Assembly: GCA_963842945.1 (NCBI GenBank)
Contig: CAWJIM010000019.1
Coordinates: 416,001-480,000 of the forward strand
Direction: 5' to 3'
DNA length: 64,000 bases
DNA from: an uncultured Gemmatimonadales bacterium
Lineage (GTDB): Bacteria > Gemmatimonadota > Gemmatimonadetes > Gemmatimonadales > GWC2-71-9
How positions within the stretch are numbered: position 1 is the first letter of the stretch; each line of letters opens with the position of its first letter. The position numbers and the translations under genes were made by a program. Positions 1-9,466 of this stretch are shown piece after piece. Below the pieces are notes generated by a model. That model saw nothing but the letters and a program-made list of their open reading frames with translations. It had not been told where the DNA came from and searched no databases.

Positions 1-155
1 GCGGGTGATCGATGGGCTGAACCGGTTCCGGTTTGCCGGTGAGCCCGACCTGCTCGCGGCCTGGAGCTGCGGCGAGCAATGTCATCGGGCCGCGCCGGAC
101 CGGAGAACTCGCCGTCACCCGAAATCAAACCGGCCGCTTGAGGCCAAGACGGACC

Positions 156-1259
156 ATGAAACCACTATTTTCGACGTTGCTCCTGCTGAGCCTGGGCTAT
201 TCGGCCGGACGCAGTCCGCAATCGCCGGCCGGCAGCCTCGGCTCGGTGGCCGCGGTGGGGGAGGCCGCCAGCTACACCACTCCCTGGGCCGACAGCACTC
301 GGCTGGGGGACACCGTCTTCCATAGTAGTGGACGGGTGATCACCACGGTCGCGGTACGCACCGATTCGCACTGGGTGGTCCGTCCGCCCACCGCCGTGCT
401 GAAGGCCGGGCTGCCCTATGGGCCGAGCCAGCTCCCGCCCGACAGCCTCTGCAGCATGAGCTACTACACCTCAACGACGGTTCCGGTGGCGCCCAACCAG
501 GTGATCCGCGAGCTGGACCGGGTCCATGAGTGCGGCGCCCGCGTCTTCGCCCAGATCCGCCGGGCCAAGCTCAAGAACTCCGACGGCAATCTGAGCGTGG
601 ATGCGGCGCTGGCCGAGATCAGTCATTGGCCCTGGGACGAGCTCTGCGCCCGGGTCAAGGACTCGACCATCATCGGCTTTCACATCGGCGACGACGTGGT
701 CGCGAAGGAGTGGGGCCCCGCGCCGATCGAGACCCGGCTGGCGCAGTGGGATTCGATCGCGGGTGGCATCGTCGCGAAATGTCCTGGCGCGGCGACCGTG
801 ATTCGGGCCCGTCCCCGCCAGCTGTCCAAGCGGGACACCTGGGAGTGGCTCACCACCGCCTGGGCCCAGTATCCGGGCCCGCTGCCCCGGGCGGGCACGC
901 CGGAGGAGTTCTTTACCGCCGAGGTGGCGTCGGCCAAGAAGCAGCATCTCGGGTTGGTGACTGGGGTCAATCTGCTGGCCGGCGGGTGCGGTCCAGCGGA
1001 GGCGGGGCGGTGCCTGCCGAATATTCCAGGATCATCGCTTCGCGGTTCGGGCAAGCAGGCCTATCAGCTGAGCGCGGCGGAGTTCATCGACTACAAGACC
1101 GCGGCCATGACCGATCCCTATGTGTGCGCGTCGGTGGACTGGTCCTGGGGTCCCAAGTTCCGGAGCGAGTTCCACGCCCGGCCGGAGATCCAGAGCGCGG
1201 CCAAGGAGCTGGGGCTGATCGCGAGCAAGCGGGGGCGGTCGAGTTGCGTGCAGAAGTAG
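156..1259 (+). CDS. Secreted hypothetical protein, Cys-rich, possibly a TIM-barrel/glycoside-hydrolase-like fold
   Basis: ATG at 156 gives the signal-peptide-like MKPLFSTLLLLSLG; long open frame with GC-rich codon bias; no family motif recognised with certainty. Confidence 0.6.
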   Translation: MKPLFSTLLLLSLGYSAGRSPQSPAGSLGSVAAVGEAASYTTPWADSTRLGDTVFHSSGRVITTVAVRTDSHWVVRPPTAVLKAGLPYGPSQLPPDSLCSMSYYTSTTVPVAPNQVIRELDRVHECGARVFAQIRRAKLKNSDGNLSVDAALAEISHWPWDELCARVKDSTIIGFHIGDDVVAKEWGPAPIETRLAQWDSIAGGIVAKCPGAATVIRARPRQLSKRDTWEWLTTAWAQYPGPLPRAGTPEEFFTAEVASAKKQHLGLVTGVNLLAGGCGPAEAGRCLPNIPGSSLRGSGKQAYQLSAAEFIDYKTAAMTDPYVCASVDWSWGPKFRSEFHARPEIQSAAKELGLIASKRGRSSCVQK

Positions 1260-1350
1260 GCGGCAGCGCGGCACCAGTGCGGCACGGCGGAACGGGGCAC
1301 GAGGAGTTACAGGATCTGACGCTGGGCGACTGCGCGACTCGCGACTACCC

Positions 1351-2529
1351 TCACGGCAATCTCCCCCTCGCAACCGACAAACAGTCCCCGCCCGAGCTGA
1401 ACAGGTAGAACGTCTTCCCGTCGGCGCTCATGTACTTGGTCGGAATGTCGGCCCGCTCACCCGATCCCCACTGGGTGTTGCCGCAAGTGGTGGTGCTGAG
1501 ACCGCCGGGCCAGGCGCCCGCACTGGCGAACACCTGCTCCCAGGGACCCCAGGGGTTGGAGCCGACGAACACCATGAGGCCGCCGGTGAAGCGGGCGTCG
1601 TCCTTGGCATCGTTGGGCGTGGTGTCGAACACCAGCGAGAGCATGAACCTTTGAAGGCCGGGGTTCCAGCTCATCCCGGCTCGAGCAGTAAACCGCTTTC
1701 CCACCTTGTAGATGATCTTGGTGGCCGACGAGGAGGTGGGACACCAGGCCGGCGCCGACGGCACACCGCAGAAGTATTCCCAGCTGCTCCGCAGGGTCAG
1801 ATCGCTCCGGGCGCCACGGATCAGCCCGAAGGCCGGCACCAGATCGTAGGCACTGTTGCTCACGCTGCCGGCCGAGCTGCTGCGGAGCGGAATGACGGAG
1901 TAGACGTAACCCGCCGGCCCACCGGAGTACCCCTTCCCGTACTGCACGAACGAGGCGTAGCCCACCTCGGACAGGGTCCAATCCGCCCAGGTGAACTGCG
2001 GGTTGGCGGCGGTAACGTCGCTGGAGAACTTGAGCCGGGCGCCGGTGCCGCCGGGATTGATGTTCCGGATCCAGTACCAGAGCCGCCCGTCCGCATGCAA
2101 CATCCCCGCGGCCTTCTCACTCGAGGGTCCGTCACCCAAGGCCTCCGCTCCCGCGCCGTCGGCCGCGTCATCCCAGTCGAGCGGATCACCGGTGGGCACC
2201 GGCGTGAACGAAACCCCGTAGCCGGTAGAGCCGGAGATCCGGCCGAAGCCCATGCCGATTTTTTGCGGTGCTCCCCGGAAGCGGCAGTCGCCCACCGCGG
2301 TGTAGAGATTTCCGTCGGGCGCCCAGGTGGGGGTATATGAGTCGCAGCCTTTGGTGCGCGCGATCTGCTTCATGGCCGACTTGGCGTCCCACCGAATCGG
2401 GCCGCTGACCGCTGCGGTCAGCTCCGGGGTGGTCTGCTCGACAACGGCGTCGCTACAGCTCGCTGCGCCACCGGCGCAGATGATGACGGTGAGCACAGCA
2501 CCGTAGCTCGGGCGCAAGGCTGCCGGCAT
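1351..2529 (-). CDS. DUF4185-like beta-propeller lipoprotein (copy 1)
   Basis: Lipobox-like AASC; motifs DSYTPTWAPDGNLYTAVGD, PWGPW and IPTKYMSADGKTFYLFSSGGD resemble DUF4185-type proteins. Confidence 0.65.
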   Translation of the reverse strand: MPAALRPSYGAVLTVIICAGGAASCSDAVVEQTTPELTAAVSGPIRWDAKSAMKQIARTKGCDSYTPTWAPDGNLYTAVGDCRFRGAPQKIGMGFGRISGSTGYGVSFTPVPTGDPLDWDDAADGAGAEALGDGPSSEKAAGMLHADGRLWYWIRNINPGGTGARLKFSSDVTAANPQFTWADWTLSEVGYASFVQYGKGYSGGPAGYVYSVIPLRSSSAGSVSNSAYDLVPAFGLIRGARSDLTLRSSWEYFCGVPSAPAWCPTSSSATKIIYKVGKRFTARAGMSWNPGLQRFMLSLVFDTTPNDAKDDARFTGGLMVFVGSNPWGPWEQVFASAGAWPGGLSTTTCGNTQWGSGERADIPTKYMSADGKTFYLFSSGGDCLSVARGRLP

Positions 2530-2644
2530 GAATCCTCCGAGTCAGGGATACCGCGCGCAGATTCGACCCCGCAGACTGTAACCCTTTTTCGCCGGTCGGC
2601 CAGATCCAGACCGCCAGCGCGGAAGCGGTTGACAGCATCTCCGG

Positions 2645-4432
2645 TTGTTCCTACCCTTGCAGGCTGCACTTCACGCCCCCCCCGCAGGACCGCCGCTCGC
2701 GCGGACCGAAGAGGCCGGTATCAGACATCCAGCTCACGGTGTGATCGCCGTGCTCGCCGTGGCGCTCGCCTGCCGAAGCCCGACCGAGCCGTCGCGCGCC
2801 GTCCAAGCGGTGCCGGTTGCGGGGGACACCGCGGCACTGGCCACTGGATTCGTCTGGACTCGCGCCACGCCCGAGAGCCAGGGCATGTGCGGCAGCATCA
2901 GACAGCTGGGCTGCAGCAAGACCCTCCAACAGGTCTGGAACGGCATCAGCGGCGCGAAGTACAACACCAAACGTCTGGTCGTGATCCGGAACGACAGGAT
3001 CATCTACGACCGGGGCGGCACCCTCGCGTACTTCGTGTACTCCGCCACCAAGGGCCTGCTCGGCGGGCCGACGCTGGTGCACGCGATGAGCAAATGCGGG
3101 GTGGGCCTCAACGATCGCGCGGGCCAGTGGCTGGGACACGGCGAGGGCGCCCGCTGGGAGAGCGACTTCCCCTGGAGCGAGATCACGGTCGAGCACCTGG
3201 CCACCCACACCAGCGGCATCTGCGACTACAGCAACAGCACCACCATCTGCCGGGACGAGAATCCCGGCTGGCAGGCGGCGTTCGAGCGCAACAAGGTGGG
3301 GGGTGCGAAATACGTGTACCCCAACGATGCGTTCACCATCGCGCGGGCCAAAGCGGAGCAAAACCGGGAGCCGGCACGCACGCCAGGCAGCGTTCTCGAG
3401 TACAGCAACGTCGCCCACGCGCTGCTGAACTATGTGGTGCAGCGGGCCTGCGGCCTCAAGCTCACCGAGATCTACGACCGCTACATCAAGCAGGTGGGAA
3501 TGGGCTCACCGGTCGGCGTCGCGCTCATCTCGACCGACGACGGCCAGCAGTTCAACCAGGCGACGGGAATTGCGAAGTGGAAGGCGCTCGACGGTGCGGC
3601 GGTGCTGCGTCTGGCCGGGCGGCAAGGCATCTGGGACAACCAGAACGTCGAGCCGGTCCGCTACTGGCATCTGCTCACCCGGACCGCAGGCGACATCCCG
3701 GCGGCCGTCGAGCAGGGGTGGGGCGTGGTGTACGAGAACAACTCGGTCAACATGTGGACCCAGTCGGTGAATCATCGCCGGTTCTCGCTCGAGACCTTCG
3801 GCCACAACGGCAACTACAGCACCATCTTTCAGAACGATCCTCTGACCAGCACGATCGTGGTGCGACAGGGCGAGATGAACGGCAAGGGAGGCGGGTATCT
3901 CACGCTGAACGGCTGCTTCCCGGGATGGACCGGAACGGCGCCGACCTGCTCGGCCGGGACGAGCTACAGCAACAACTGGGGCAATTCCTCGGTCTACACC
4001 GGACAGCGGAAGAAGGTGATGGAGCCGCTGCAGGAGGCATTCTTCTTCCCGCCGCCGTTCTGCCGGATGACCTCGGCCGGCGGATCGAACGTGGATGAGG
4101 TGAGCGACGAATACACCACTCCCATGGACGGCGCGACCGTTGACCTCGTGGCCGAGATCAAGGTCAATCCCCGGGAAGGTGCCGGCTCATCGGTGGCGGA
4201 CGGCGTCGAGTTCTTTAAGGAGACCGGCGGTACGGCACCGACCTCTATCGGCACTGGAAAGTTGGTGCCCGGAAGCAATCCCGCACGGTATGAGCTCTCC
4301 TATGATGCGGCCGGCCACGGCGCGGTGGGGCAGGTCCAGACCTACTTCGCCAACTGCGTGGCCAAGTCCACCCAGGATGCGAGCAAGAAGGTGCCCTCCT
4401 ACTCCCAGCCGGTGCGGGTCCGCAGACTATAA
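2645..4432 (+). CDS. Serine hydrolase (beta-lactamase/AmpC-like fold) lipoprotein with C-terminal Ig-like domain (copy 1); true start may be ~2741
   Basis: WTRATPESQGM N-terminus, SxxK (YSATKG), LATHTSG, YSN and GHNG motifs; lipobox LALAC. Confidence 0.8.
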   Translation: MFLPLQAALHAPPAGPPLARTEEAGIRHPAHGVIAVLAVALACRSPTEPSRAVQAVPVAGDTAALATGFVWTRATPESQGMCGSIRQLGCSKTLQQVWNGISGAKYNTKRLVVIRNDRIIYDRGGTLAYFVYSATKGLLGGPTLVHAMSKCGVGLNDRAGQWLGHGEGARWESDFPWSEITVEHLATHTSGICDYSNSTTICRDENPGWQAAFERNKVGGAKYVYPNDAFTIARAKAEQNREPARTPGSVLEYSNVAHALLNYVVQRACGLKLTEIYDRYIKQVGMGSPVGVALISTDDGQQFNQATGIAKWKALDGAAVLRLAGRQGIWDNQNVEPVRYWHLLTRTAGDIPAAVEQGWGVVYENNSVNMWTQSVNHRRFSLETFGHNGNYSTIFQNDPLTSTIVVRQGEMNGKGGGYLTLNGCFPGWTGTAPTCSAGTSYSNNWGNSSVYTGQRKKVMEPLQEAFFFPPPFCRMTSAGGSNVDEVSDEYTTPMDGATVDLVAEIKVNPREGAGSSVADGVEFFKETGGTAPTSIGTGKLVPGSNPARYELSYDAAGHGAVGQVQTYFANCVAKSTQDASKKVPSYSQPVRVRRL

Positions 4433-4450
4433 GCTCCTCGCGGCAAAGCT

Positions 4451-4603
4451 CACCACGGAGGCACGGAGGACACGGAGGCCGCACGGACCGGATGGTGTAG
4501 TCCGCAGACCCTAACAGTTTCTAACTGTTGTTCCCCACCGCCCAACCAAAGTCATTGTTCGAGATGACCTTGCAACCTCCGTGTCCTCCGTGCCTCCGTG
4601 GTG
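4451..4603. repeat. Perfect 28-bp inverted repeat (CACCACGGAGGCACGGAGGACACGGAGG) around a 97-bp non-coding spacer; MITE-like
   Basis: 4451-4478 is the exact reverse complement of 4576-4603; the arms are built of tandem CACGGAGG units. Confidence 0.85.
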
Positions 4604-4681
4604 CGCTTTTGTTATGGTGCGCTTTTGCTACAGCCCGCTCGCCACAATGGCGTAATCCGTGGGCCGGGTGAAATTCCCAAG

Positions 4682-6565
4682 ATGATGATGAGACCGACAC
4701 GCACGAACAGAATTCTTCTGGTCACCGCCCTGGGATGCTCTCGATCACCTGCAGCGGGGACCAGCTCACCCGGCCGGCCGGAAAAGAGCGGCGAATTCGC
4801 CGTTGCCGGGCCGCCGGCCCGGATCACCATCAGCCGTCAACCGCCCTCCAACGCGCTGGACCAGGAGGTCTGGGCACCCGGCGCCCAGCCGGTCGTGGTG
4901 GTGAAGGATGCCGCCGGAGTCGCGGTCGTTGGCGCGGTGGTAACCGCCACCATCGCGAGCGGCAGCGGAGCGCTTCAGGGATCCCTCACCGCCACCACCA
5001 AGGCCAACGGCTCGGCCACCTTTGCCGATCTGGGGATCGCCGGGACGGGCAATCACAGCCTGCGCTTCACCGCCGGATCCGCCGGGGCGACCTCTGCCAC
5101 CGTGGCGATCAATCCGCTCCCCAGCCGAAGCCCGAAGCGGGAAGTGGGACGCGGCGGTGCCGTGGGACATCGTTCCGCTCCACATCCAGCTGCTCCCCAC
5201 CGGCAAGCTGCTGGCCTGGGGCAAGCACGAATCCAACGGCAGCATGGGCCTGCCGCGGCTGTGGAATCCGGCGGCTGGCCTGCCCAGCACGGCTACGATC
5301 GTGCGCGTCGGCGATATGCTGTTCTGTGGCGGGCACACGCTGATGGCCGACGGCCGAATCATGGTCTCGGGCGGGCACCTGGACGACGACCGCGGTCTCG
5401 ACGTCACCAACATCTTCGACCCGGTGAGCGAGAGCTGGGCGAGTGGGCTGCCGAAGATGGCGAAGGGGCGCTGGTATCCGACGGTGACGACGCTGGCCGA
5501 CGGGCGGGTGGTCACGGTGGCCGGGCGGGATGCCAGCTCCACCGTGGTGCTGATTCCGGAGATCTGGGAGGGAAACCGCTGGGTGAAGCTGACCGGCGCC
5601 AGCCTGACTCTGCCCTACTACCCGCGGCAGTTCGTGGCTCCGAACGGGAAGCTGTTTTATGCCGGCGAGCGGACCAAATCCCGCTACCTCGACGTGGACG
5701 TGGTGACGGCCAGCGGGCGGGGGCGCTGGTCCACCAGCGCGGGGTTTACCCGCCGCTTCGCCTACATCCGGGACTACGGTTCAGCGGTGATGTATGAGGC
5801 GGGCAAGATTCTCTACGCCGGCGGCGGGGGCGACCTGCGCGGGAGCATACCGGACCCCAAGTCTCCGGTGCCGACCGCGACGGCTGAAACGATCGATCTG
5901 ACTAAGACCGGCCCCGCGCCGACGCTGGAGCAGCACCACCTCGATGCACTACGCGCGGCGGCATCTCAATGCGACCATCCTGCCGGACGGAAAGGTGCTG
6001 GTCACCGGCGGGACCAGCGCGGGCGGATTCAACGATCTGTCGGGCGCGGTCCACGCGGCTGAAGTGTGGGACCCGGGCAACCGCGGAACGTGGACCGAGC
6101 TGGCGGCCAATCGGGTGGACCGTGGCTACCACTCGGTCTCGCTGCTGCTGCCGGACGGAACGGTGCTGCACGGCGCCGGCGGCGATGCCAACGACCCGGC
6201 AACCGGCGGGGAATATCCCCGGCAGACGAACCACGAAATCTTCCGGCCGCCCTATCTGTTCCGGGGCGCCCGACCGACCGTCACCAGTCTCTCGAAGACG
6301 TCCCTCGAGCTACGGAGAGACCTTCACCGTCACCACGCCGTATGCCGCGCAGATCACCGGCGTGCGCTGGATCCGGCTGGGCGCGGTAACCCACGCGTTC
6401 GACGCGAGCCAGCGGGCGAACACCCTGAAGTTCACCCGTGCCGCGGGGAGCGTCCGGGTGACCACGCCTGCAAGTGGCCGGCTGGCGCCTCCCGGGCACT
6501 ATCTGCTGTTTCTGCTCAATCGCAACGGCGTGCCGTCGGTGGGAAGAATCGTCCGCGTGGGTTAG
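4682..6565 (+). CDS. Copper radical oxidase (galactose/glyoxal oxidase, AA5-like): N-terminal Ig-like domain, Kelch propeller, C-terminal DUF1929; frameshifts near 5125, 5925 and 6303
   Basis: Motifs MLFCGGH, GRWYPT, RGYHSVSLLLPDG and VTHAFD spread over ORFs 4598-, 5022-, 5944- and 5969-6565. Confidence 0.85.
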
Positions 6566-6720
6566 AAGGTTTTTAGCCGCAACGCACCCACCGAAGGTGG
6601 GTACCCGACGCAGATAAACGCAGATTCACAATTTTTGACACGGATAACAACCGACAAAAGCACGGATCGCTCCGTGGCCGAAAATAGCTCCCAGTGTCCT
6701 TCCCAAAACTCGAGACTTAG

Positions 6721-6776
6721 TCAACAGCACACCCATTGAGTCCGCTTGCAAGGGTACTCGACTGGTGTGCTGTTGA
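6721..6776. repeat. Hairpin with perfect 13-bp arms (TCAACAGCACACC / GGTGTGCTGTTGA) between convergent genes
   Basis: Direct inspection; further imperfect pairing inside the loop. Confidence 0.6.
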
Positions 6777-6828
6777 ACAAGAACTCTTATAGCCGGCTCC
6801 AAAGAACGGAGTGGGTTCCTTTTTGTCA

Positions 6829-8298
6829 TCACTGTGCTTGGTTGATGATCTTGTAGACCCCACCCTGCTGAGTCACGATGTAAAGCTCGCCGGCGGAGTC
6901 TTCGCCGAAGGCGGTGATCTGGCCGCCGGGCTTGAGCTCAGGCCACTCCTTCTGCTCGGTGGGGACGCCTCCCTGAATCCGGAAGCTCCTCACCCAGCCG
7001 ACGCAGTAGTCGGCGTAGAAGAAGGTGCCCTGCAGTGACGGCATCGCAGGACCACGGTAGACGTAGCCGCTGACGACGGCGCACCCTTCATCGTGGCTGT
7101 ACTCCAGCACCGGCAGGGTGAGTCCGGTCTGATCGCAGTCTCTCCGCTTGAAGCAGTGCAGCCCTTCCATCTCGTCCCAGCCAAAGTTCACTCCCTTCCC
7201 GGCACCACTCGAGGCGGCGGCGTAGTCCACCTCTTCCCATTTGCCCTCGCCGACATCGCCGATGTAGAGGTCGCCGGTGGCGCGGTCGAAGCTGAAGCTC
7301 CACGGGTTGCGGAACCCGTAACTCCAGATCTCGGGGCGGGCGCCGGCCGTGCTGACGAACGGATTGTCGGCCGGCACCGTGTACGGCTGGGTGCTGACGT
7401 CGATCCTCATGATGTTGGCGAACGGGTCGTCCAACGATTGCCCTCGGTTCTGGTCGACGTCGTGCCCGTCGCCCAGGCCGACGTACAGCATGCCGTCAGG
7501 ACCGAAGGCCAACTGGCCTCCATTATGGGCCACGCCGGGCTGGGGAAACGCGAACACTGGCACTTCGCTCGTGGGGTCGCCCTGATCGGGATCGGCCGAG
7601 ACCCTGAAGGCGGAGACCCGGTTCACGTTGAAGTGGTCGTTGTAATGCACGAAGAAGCGCCCGCTGGTCGCGTAGTCGGGCGGGAAGGCGAGACCGAGCA
7701 GCCCCTGCTCCCCGGCGACGCTGGAGACTTTCGCCGTGAGCTCGAGGAACGGCGTGGGGAGCAGCACGCCGTCCTTGATGATCCGGATGGGTCCGGCCTT
7801 GAGCAGCACGAACAGGCGCGTGTCGCCCGGTGGCGATACGAGAGCGGTGGGAAACTTGAGTCCGCTGACGATCTGCTGCAGGGCCGGCGTGTCCGCGCCA
7901 GGCGGCGGAGGCGGCGGCGGCGGAGTTGTCGCCGAGACGGTGATGGGAAGGCTTCCAGAGATCGCATCGGTGGTGGCGGTGATCTGGGTCTGCCCTTCAG
8001 CCACACCGGTCACCAGGCCGGCCGAGGTCACCGTAGCGATGTTCTGATCGGCGGAGCTCCAGGTGAAGCTGGCTCCAGAGACGGTGGCGCCGCCGGCGTC
8101 CTTGGCCGTTGCCGTGAGCTGGAGCGTCTGACCGACCTGCACTGCGGCGCCGGGCCCGGTCACGGTGACAGTGGCGACGGGGTTGGGCGGCTCAACGCCG
8201 CCTCCATCACTGTCACTGCTACAGCTGACCAGCACGGACAGGAGCACGGGGACGAGGGCGAACAGTCCGGGACGGCGACACGAGAATGCCTGGGGCAC
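6829..8298 (-). CDS. PQQ-dependent sugar dehydrogenase (GSDH family) lipoprotein with Big_2 Ig-like domain
   Basis: GEQGLLGLAF, HNGGQLAFGPDGMLYVGLGDG, EIWSYGFRNPW and GDVG motifs; lipobox LVSC; Pro-rich linker. Confidence 0.9.
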   Translation of the reverse strand: MPQAFSCRRPGLFALVPVLLSVLVSCSSDSDGGGVEPPNPVATVTVTGPGAAVQVGQTLQLTATAKDAGGATVSGASFTWSSADQNIATVTSAGLVTGVAEGQTQITATTDAISGSLPITVSATTPPPPPPPPGADTPALQQIVSGLKFPTALVSPPGDTRLFVLLKAGPIRIIKDGVLLPTPFLELTAKVSSVAGEQGLLGLAFPPDYATSGRFFVHYNDHFNVNRVSAFRVSADPDQGDPTSEVPVFAFPQPGVAHNGGQLAFGPDGMLYVGLGDGHDVDQNRGQSLDDPFANIMRIDVSTQPYTVPADNPFVSTAGARPEIWSYGFRNPWSFSFDRATGDLYIGDVGEGKWEEVDYAAASSGAGKGVNFGWDEMEGLHCFKRRDCDQTGLTLPVLEYSHDEGCAVVSGYVYRGPAMPSLQGTFFYADYCVGWVRSFRIQGGVPTEQKEWPELKPGGQITAFGEDSAGELYIVTQQGGVYKIINQAQ

Positions 8299-8450
8299 AA
8301 ACAGCTCCTGTTCGATGCGGCGCGAGCGGTGAAGACGGACCAGTGGGAAGTTCAGGCCTGCTCTGGATTATGGGTCGGCGCAGGAGAATCGGGGAAGAGC
8401 CGGGAACCTGGTGTGATTGGCGTCACACAACGGTTGATATACGGGAGGGT

Positions 8451-8540
8451 AGCGGGAGGGGCGTGGTCTCTCCCGCAGGGTCAACTACAGCCACCCCCCT
8501 CTCCCCTGAGACCCTGCGTCGAGTCCACGCCCCTCCCGCT
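8451..8540. other. ~90-nt nested stem-loop in a divergent intergenic region
   Basis: Perfect 16-bp arms 8451-8466/8525-8540 plus inner perfect 9-bp arms 8474-8482/8510-8518. Confidence 0.7.
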
Positions 8541-8716
8541 GTTAGAGAATTTGCTTACACCTGGGAGCGCGGCGGGTATGGGTTCGAAACTGCTGGAGAG
8601 CTCTCACTCCCGCCCGCGTTCCCCAAAACGATGTTGCCGATTGCAACTGGAGTGCTTGCGTTGGCGGGGATATTCGTCATGATATATGTGAGGTCCACAC
8701 CACCACGGGCCTGAGC

Positions 8717-9466
8717 ATGCAACTCCTCCTGATCGAGTCGGGCAGAAAATTCCTTCAGACCGCCGAGTGTGCCGCCCTGAGCATTCTGGCACACGGGTTC
8801 GTCGTGTGGTCGGCGGTCAACCTGACCTCCGAGGGCCGGCGGCTTCCCACCGACGAGCGGCAGGCGCGGGTGTTCTTCCTGCTCCCGCCCGACCGGGTGG
8901 ATGTACGGGAGCGGCAGTTCGAGGTCATTCAACTGGGCAAACTGGGCGGCGACCCCCAGGATGGCGGGTATCTCCTCAACCCTGACCCGGGCTGGGAACG
9001 GCGGCAGATCGCCCACGGCTCCCGCAACAAGCGGAAGGGCAGCGGTGCCAGGGGGGAGCTGCCCTTTGGGCCCTCCTCGCCCTACGTACCGGACACCGCC
9101 TTCAGCGTGCTCCAGGTGGATGAATCGGTGGAGCGATATGAGTCGAGCGCGGCGCCGATCTATCCCAAGGACCTTCTGGCCACGCAAACCCAGGGCGATG
9201 TCGAGGCCACCTACGTGGTGGACACGGTGGGGCAGGTCGACACCACCACGATCCACGTGATGTACAGCGACGATCCCCGTTTCACCGCTTCGGTGGTGGC
9301 GGCGTTGGGCGGGATGCGCTTCCGTCCGGCCAAGCGGAGCGGCAGGATCGTGCGCCAACTGGTGCAGCAGAAGTTCCGCTTCCGGATCGTGCCGCCGGAG
9401 CGCGGCATGTCATCCCTTCGTCGCTCGCGCTCCTCAGGGCAGGCTCTGAGCGCGCGCGAAGGATGA
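8717..9466 (+). CDS. tonB: Energy transducer TonB family protein
   Basis: N-terminal TM segment with SxxxH (SILAH); C-terminal PIYP...GDVEATYVVDTVGQVD...MRFRPA...VRQLVQQKFRF. Confidence 0.85.
   Translation: MQLLLIESGRKFLQTAECAALSILAHGFVVWSAVNLTSEGRRLPTDERQARVFFLLPPDRVDVRERQFEVIQLGKLGGDPQDGGYLLNPDPGWERRQIAHGSRNKRKGSGARGELPFGPSSPYVPDTAFSVLQVDESVERYESSAAPIYPKDLLATQTQGDVEATYVVDTVGQVDTTTIHVMYSDDPRFTASVVAALGGMRFRPAKRSGRIVRQLVQQKFRFRIVPPERGMSSLRRSRSSGQALSAREG

Noticed and set aside
2645..4432. Antibiotic-resistance beta-lactamase
   Set aside because: The SxxK/YxN fold is shared by many esterases and peptidases; the architecture and context do not match class A or C resistance enzymes
8631..8714. 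Small hydrophobic ORF MLPIATGVLALAGIFVMIYVRSTPPRA upstream of tonB
   Set aside because: No SD, and it coincides with the probable tonB promoter and RBS; it cannot be supported from sequence alone
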